A stretch of 39,707 nt of DNA from a virus (Duplodnaviria; Caudoviricetes): the IMG/VR virus record IMGVR_UViG_3300031953_000053, positions 1 through 39,707 of that record; one strand, 5' to 3'. The position numbers and the translations under genes were made by a program. The notes under the pieces were generated by a model. That model was not told where the DNA came from and searched no databases. It saw only the letters and a program-made list of their open reading frames with translations. Below are positions 36,330 through 39,707 of this stretch, piece after piece (within the stretch, counting starts at the first letter, position 1; each line of letters starts with the position of its first letter).

Positions 36330-36483
36330 CATCGACTGGACACCTGACCCACGCCCCATCCAACGCGAACTAGAACACCCGCACGAGCACGCCTACTTCA
36401 CCCCAGTGGTGGAATGGCCGACCTTGGATGAGAAGTTAGCGAACCCAACAATGCTGTTGCGGTTGGCGAAACATGTTTGCTAG
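36322..36483 (+). CDS. hypothetical protein
   Basis: Overlaps previous stop. Confidence 0.4.
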   Translation: MDDIDWTPDPRPIQRELEHPHEHAYFTPVVEWPTLDEKLANPTMLLRLAKHVC

Positions 36484-36594
36484 AGACCCGGAACACACCC
36501 TCAAAGACGAAATTCTTATAGTGACAATCCGGGCACTCTCACCACTTGTATCACTCGGCGCCATGGTGCTGATCCGACTATTGCGGAAAGGCAC

Positions 36595-36792
36595 ATGATG
36601 GCTTACAGGGTTGCACTGCCGCTGACACACGGTGCAGCTACCCCTGTGCCCGGAGAATGCCCCGAATGCACCCGCGAAACTTTACGGTCAGTGACTTGGT
36701 ATGTGATGACCCCCAATGGTGTCACGCCAAGGATTCGGGCAACGGTGTGTGCTGTTTGCAGTGTCATCTCGAAACGGAAAGACCATGAGTGA
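36595..36792 (+). CDS. small zinc-ribbon protein
   Basis: GAAAGG RBS; CPEC and CAVC. Confidence 0.55.
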   Translation: MMAYRVALPLTHGAATPVPGECPECTRETLRSVTWYVMTPNGVTPRIRATVCAVCSVISKRKDHE

Positions 36793-36925
36793 CCAGTTCC
36801 TACCAGACCATGGATACATCGTATGGATACCAGCAGGTCACTCCTTCTTCACCTTCCCCACACCCGAACCCGTAGAACCTGATGAAGAACCACCAGACGG
36901 GGCATCAGCGGACTAAGGAGCAACC

Positions 36926-37078
36926 GTGAGTGTAGAGAACATGATGAATGGATACACTCTCACCAAAGAAGGTGCGGATGCTCTGCTCAGTCTGATAAGC
37001 GAAGACGAAGAGACTCTGCGCGAACAGGACAAAGAGATGCAAGACCTATTGAACAGCACCCCGAATCCGGTAGAATAG
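36926..37078 (+). CDS. small acidic protein (50 aa)
   Basis: AAGGAG RBS before GTG. Confidence 0.5.
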   Translation: MSVENMMNGYTLTKEGADALLSLISEDEETLREQDKEMQDLLNSTPNPVE

Positions 37079-37140
37079 ATCACAGAAACTCCCGCGCTGC
37101 GCAAACAGCCGGGAGCATGACCGACTATTTAGGAGCCGAT

Positions 37141-37686
37141 ATGAATGATTCTAAGGCATGCGCCAAGTGTGGCAAAACTAAGCCCGTCTCCGAGTTCGAG
37201 CGGGTTGGCAACCGTTGCAAACAATGCGGCGTTGAACACACGCGCGAATGGTATTTAGCTAACCGAGAAGCCGCCAACGCAAAAAGGCGTGCAAGGAATG
37301 CTGCTTATCCTGAAAAGGCACGCGAGCAACGGGCAAAGCGCAGCGAGGCTAGGCGGGAAGAGAAAGCCCGATGGTCCTCCATGAATAAGACCCACGTCTT
37401 GGAATACCAGCGTCGCCATCGCGGGAAGAACCCACACCCTCACCGCGAGAGTACGATGGGGCACTTCAAAAAGGCGCAGGCAGCAACCCTGCCGGGCGCG
37501 ACGCGATCAGGATACATCTGGGCGGGTTGGGAACTTGAATTGATATCCGATGCCGACCGCACCGCTGAGGATCTAGCGCTGGAACTAAAGAGGTCATTTT
37601 CCGCAGTTGTCGGGATGCGCAAGAAGCTGTACCGCGACCCACAAACAATCACTCGCGCTGGCATTAGCGATTCTGGCCGGTTCTAA
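37141..37686 (+). CDS. zinc finger + long basic helix + HTH/Myb-like protein
   Basis: CAKC..K...EF....CKQC; W...E.ELI...TAEDLALELKRS..AV...R; AGGAG RBS. Confidence 0.7.
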   Translation: MNDSKACAKCGKTKPVSEFERVGNRCKQCGVEHTREWYLANREAANAKRRARNAAYPEKAREQRAKRSEARREEKARWSSMNKTHVLEYQRRHRGKNPHPHRESTMGHFKKAQAATLPGATRSGYIWAGWELELISDADRTAEDLALELKRSFSAVVGMRKKLYRDPQTITRAGISDSGRF

Positions 37687-37736
37687 TGCTGACACTCTCC
37701 CAACGCCGGTCGCATCTCAAACGGGGTGCAGCAGGC

Positions 37737-37994
37737 ATGGCACAGATCATTGAGACCGCGAAGACAGAACTTGCAGAGCAGCAAGCCAAAGAGTATGCAG
37801 CAGCGAAAGCATCGTTCAACAAACGCAATGCGAAGATCCCCTACACGCCCGAACAATACAAAGCAGCAACGATCGTGCGTACTGTCAACGGCTGGCACAA
37901 AGTAGTGAGAGTCAACGCCAAGAGTGTGACCGTCGCCACAGAGCACTCATGGACAGACCGCATCGAGGTCGCACGCATCATCGAAGTGCGGTAA
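37737..37994 (+). CDS. hypothetical protein
   Basis: WHKVVRVNAKSVTV...WTDRI. Confidence 0.6.
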   Translation: MAQIIETAKTELAEQQAKEYAAAKASFNKRNAKIPYTPEQYKAATIVRTVNGWHKVVRVNAKSVTVATEHSWTDRIEVARIIEVR

Positions 37995-38027
37995 CGACTA
38001 ACGTGTTATGAAGCACGAGAGGACAAC

Positions 38028-38276
38028 ATGAGCGCAACCAACTACACCGAGTACGGATTCCTCTTCAACAGCGGAACCATTCAGTGGGCATGGCAACACC
38101 TAGGCGACGGACTCTGGAAACCAATCATCGAAGACCCAGACCAGCGAACACTCACCCTGTCAACCGAAGACATGATCGACACCTTATTCAAGGCCATCGA
38201 CTCACAAGACACCGAAGCACAACTCGTATGCCGCAACGTGACCGCAAGCGAACCACAAACAATCAAGCGGCCATGA
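38028..38276 (+). CDS. hypothetical protein
   Basis: GAGGA RBS. Confidence 0.6.
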   Translation: MSATNYTEYGFLFNSGTIQWAWQHLGDGLWKPIIEDPDQRTLTLSTEDMIDTLFKAIDSQDTEAQLVCRNVTASEPQTIKRP

Positions 38277-38443
38277 AACGTCGCAGAGTCAACGGTGACG
38301 AACAAGACGCATACAGTCAATGGCGACACCTGCTCTGCTGTTTCCAGCGTGCCGGAGTCGTCAAGAAAACCAAACGGCGAACACACAAGAGGGAGCGGCA
38401 AGAAGGCAAACGTTCAATCAGACTGAACAGTCAATCGGATTGA
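38273..38443 (+). CDS. small basic protein
   Basis: ATGA-coupled; MKRRRVNGDEQDAYSQWR... Confidence 0.5.
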   Translation: MKRRRVNGDEQDAYSQWRHLLCCFQRAGVVKKTKRRTHKRERQEGKRSIRLNSQSD

Positions 38444-38781
38444 ACGCGCCAACGAAGCACGTTCCGAATACTAAACATTCCGCTGACAACGGAGACACAC
38501 CATAAGCAGAACACTTGAAATGTTGCACCCTAAGCGTGACAAACCAAGCCAAAACAATACCTAAAACGGTATAGTCCCGACAATGCGCGGATAAGCTCCC
38601 ACTAACGCCAGCAACATCACAGTAAACGCCACCAAACGACACCGTACTGGCACATCACCACATGAGTGCGAACAGTGACACGTCACAACGGTTCCGACCA
38701 CGGAACACATGTGACATACACACTAGACAGTGAACGACATAGCCACCCTAACCGGTGGCTATCGTCATTTAAGGAGCAACC

Positions 38782-38952
38782 ATGAACAGCCCCTTACATA
38801 ACTCAATCAAAAGCTTCTGGACAAGTGAACGCCCAGAGGCAAGCAAAGAGACACGTAGAGCAATCCGTGACGACAAGATCGCGACCGCAACACTGCTCCT
38901 AGCAGCCCTCACACCGATCGCCGCACTCATCACAGTGCTCGCAACCCGCTAA
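38782..38952 (+). CDS. small membrane protein (56 aa)
   Basis: AAGGAG RBS; C-terminal TM helix. Confidence 0.55.
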   Translation: MNSPLHNSIKSFWTSERPEASKETRRAIRDDKIATATLLLAALTPIAALITVLATR

Positions 38953-38961
38953 GGACACAGC

Positions 38962-39189
38962 ATGAGCCGAGAAGATATACCGCTCAACGGTGGCTGGGAC
39001 GACGAAACAATGGCACTCATGGGGTACGTATGGTGCCGAGCTCACACTGATTACCATCGCCTACCAGAGTGCGCCGTCGATGAGAGTGGGCAACCGCTAA
39101 TGCCCTGTGGCTGCCCATTCGACCTTCCCGAGCACCACAAGCAAGAATGCGACCTATGGCAAACTCCTACATGGCTCGCCACTGACTAA
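38962..39189 (+). CDS. Cys/His-rich hypothetical protein
   Basis: AAGGA RBS. Confidence 0.55.
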   Translation: MSREDIPLNGGWDDETMALMGYVWCRAHTDYHRLPECAVDESGQPLMPCGCPFDLPEHHKQECDLWQTPTWLATD

Positions 39190-39200
39190 GAGGTGACAAC

Positions 39201-39554
39201 ATGCGCGTCTGCTCCACACCAGGATGCGCCACCCTCTACCCACGCACACAAGGCTCACGCTGCCCGCAACATGTAAGGCAAGCCGATCGTGCACGAGGCA
39301 CAGCAACACAACGCGGATACACAAGCCGAGGACACAAAGCATTCAGGGCAGGCGTACTCAACCATGACCCCATCTGCGTGGTGTGCCAGGCGAGGGAGGC
39401 AACAGTAGCCGACCACTACCCACACTCACGCAAAGAACTACAAGAGCTGAGCATGAACCCCAACGACCCACAGTATGGGCGCGGACTATGCGCCCCATGT
39501 CACAACAGCGAGACAGCACAACACCAACCCGGTGGATGGAACGCCCGCCACTAA
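39201..39554 (+). CDS. terminase-associated HNH endonuclease
   Basis: CSTPGC, RGY, CVVC....T.ADH, LCAPCHN; last gene before terS on the circular map. Confidence 0.85.
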   Translation: MRVCSTPGCATLYPRTQGSRCPQHVRQADRARGTATQRGYTSRGHKAFRAGVLNHDPICVVCQAREATVADHYPHSRKELQELSMNPNDPQYGRGLCAPCHNSETAQHQPGGWNARH

Positions 39555-39707
39555 AGACCACACAGAATCACAGACACACAAAGACGTGAAGCACTGTGAC
39601 CCGCTGCAAGGGGGCTGTAAGCCGTCGAGACAAGACACCCAGTGGTCAAGGGCATCCGCCACACGACACCCCACCCAGGGACCCCCGACGCACCGTTCCG
39701 ATGGCAC

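Overview
The window looks like an essentially complete ~39.7 kb temperate siphovirus genome of a high-GC actinobacterial host (Micrococcales-like; inferred). It opens at the small terminase and closes with the packaging-type HNH gene. Left arm: terminases, portal, head, neck and tail genes (chaperone with a -1 frameshift, short tape measure), an M23 endolysin embedded among minor tail genes, and holin-like genes. Centre: a tyrosine integrase and an HTH repressor, both with C-terminal -AA tails. The attP core (3' half of a tRNA-Val) lies inside the repressor ORF, which is the integration-dependent immunity architecture. Right arm: Cro/excise, BRO antirepressor, RusA, RecE-like exonuclease, DNA methyltransferase, replication initiator, SSB, a metallophosphoesterase and many small ORFs. 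Most unusual observations: (1) a covarying hairpin+CTAACC leader in front of several unrelated HNH/zinc-finger genes; (2) three stem-rich non-coding regions, two of which flank the phosphoesterase cassette; (3) one ~90-aa module inserted in the major capsid and also fused to the major tail protein; (4) two reverse-strand, apparently leaderless cassettes for exported proteins inside the late operon; (5) a 28-aa acidic peptide ending CCQ after the holin. All calls come from reading the sequence; no searches were run.
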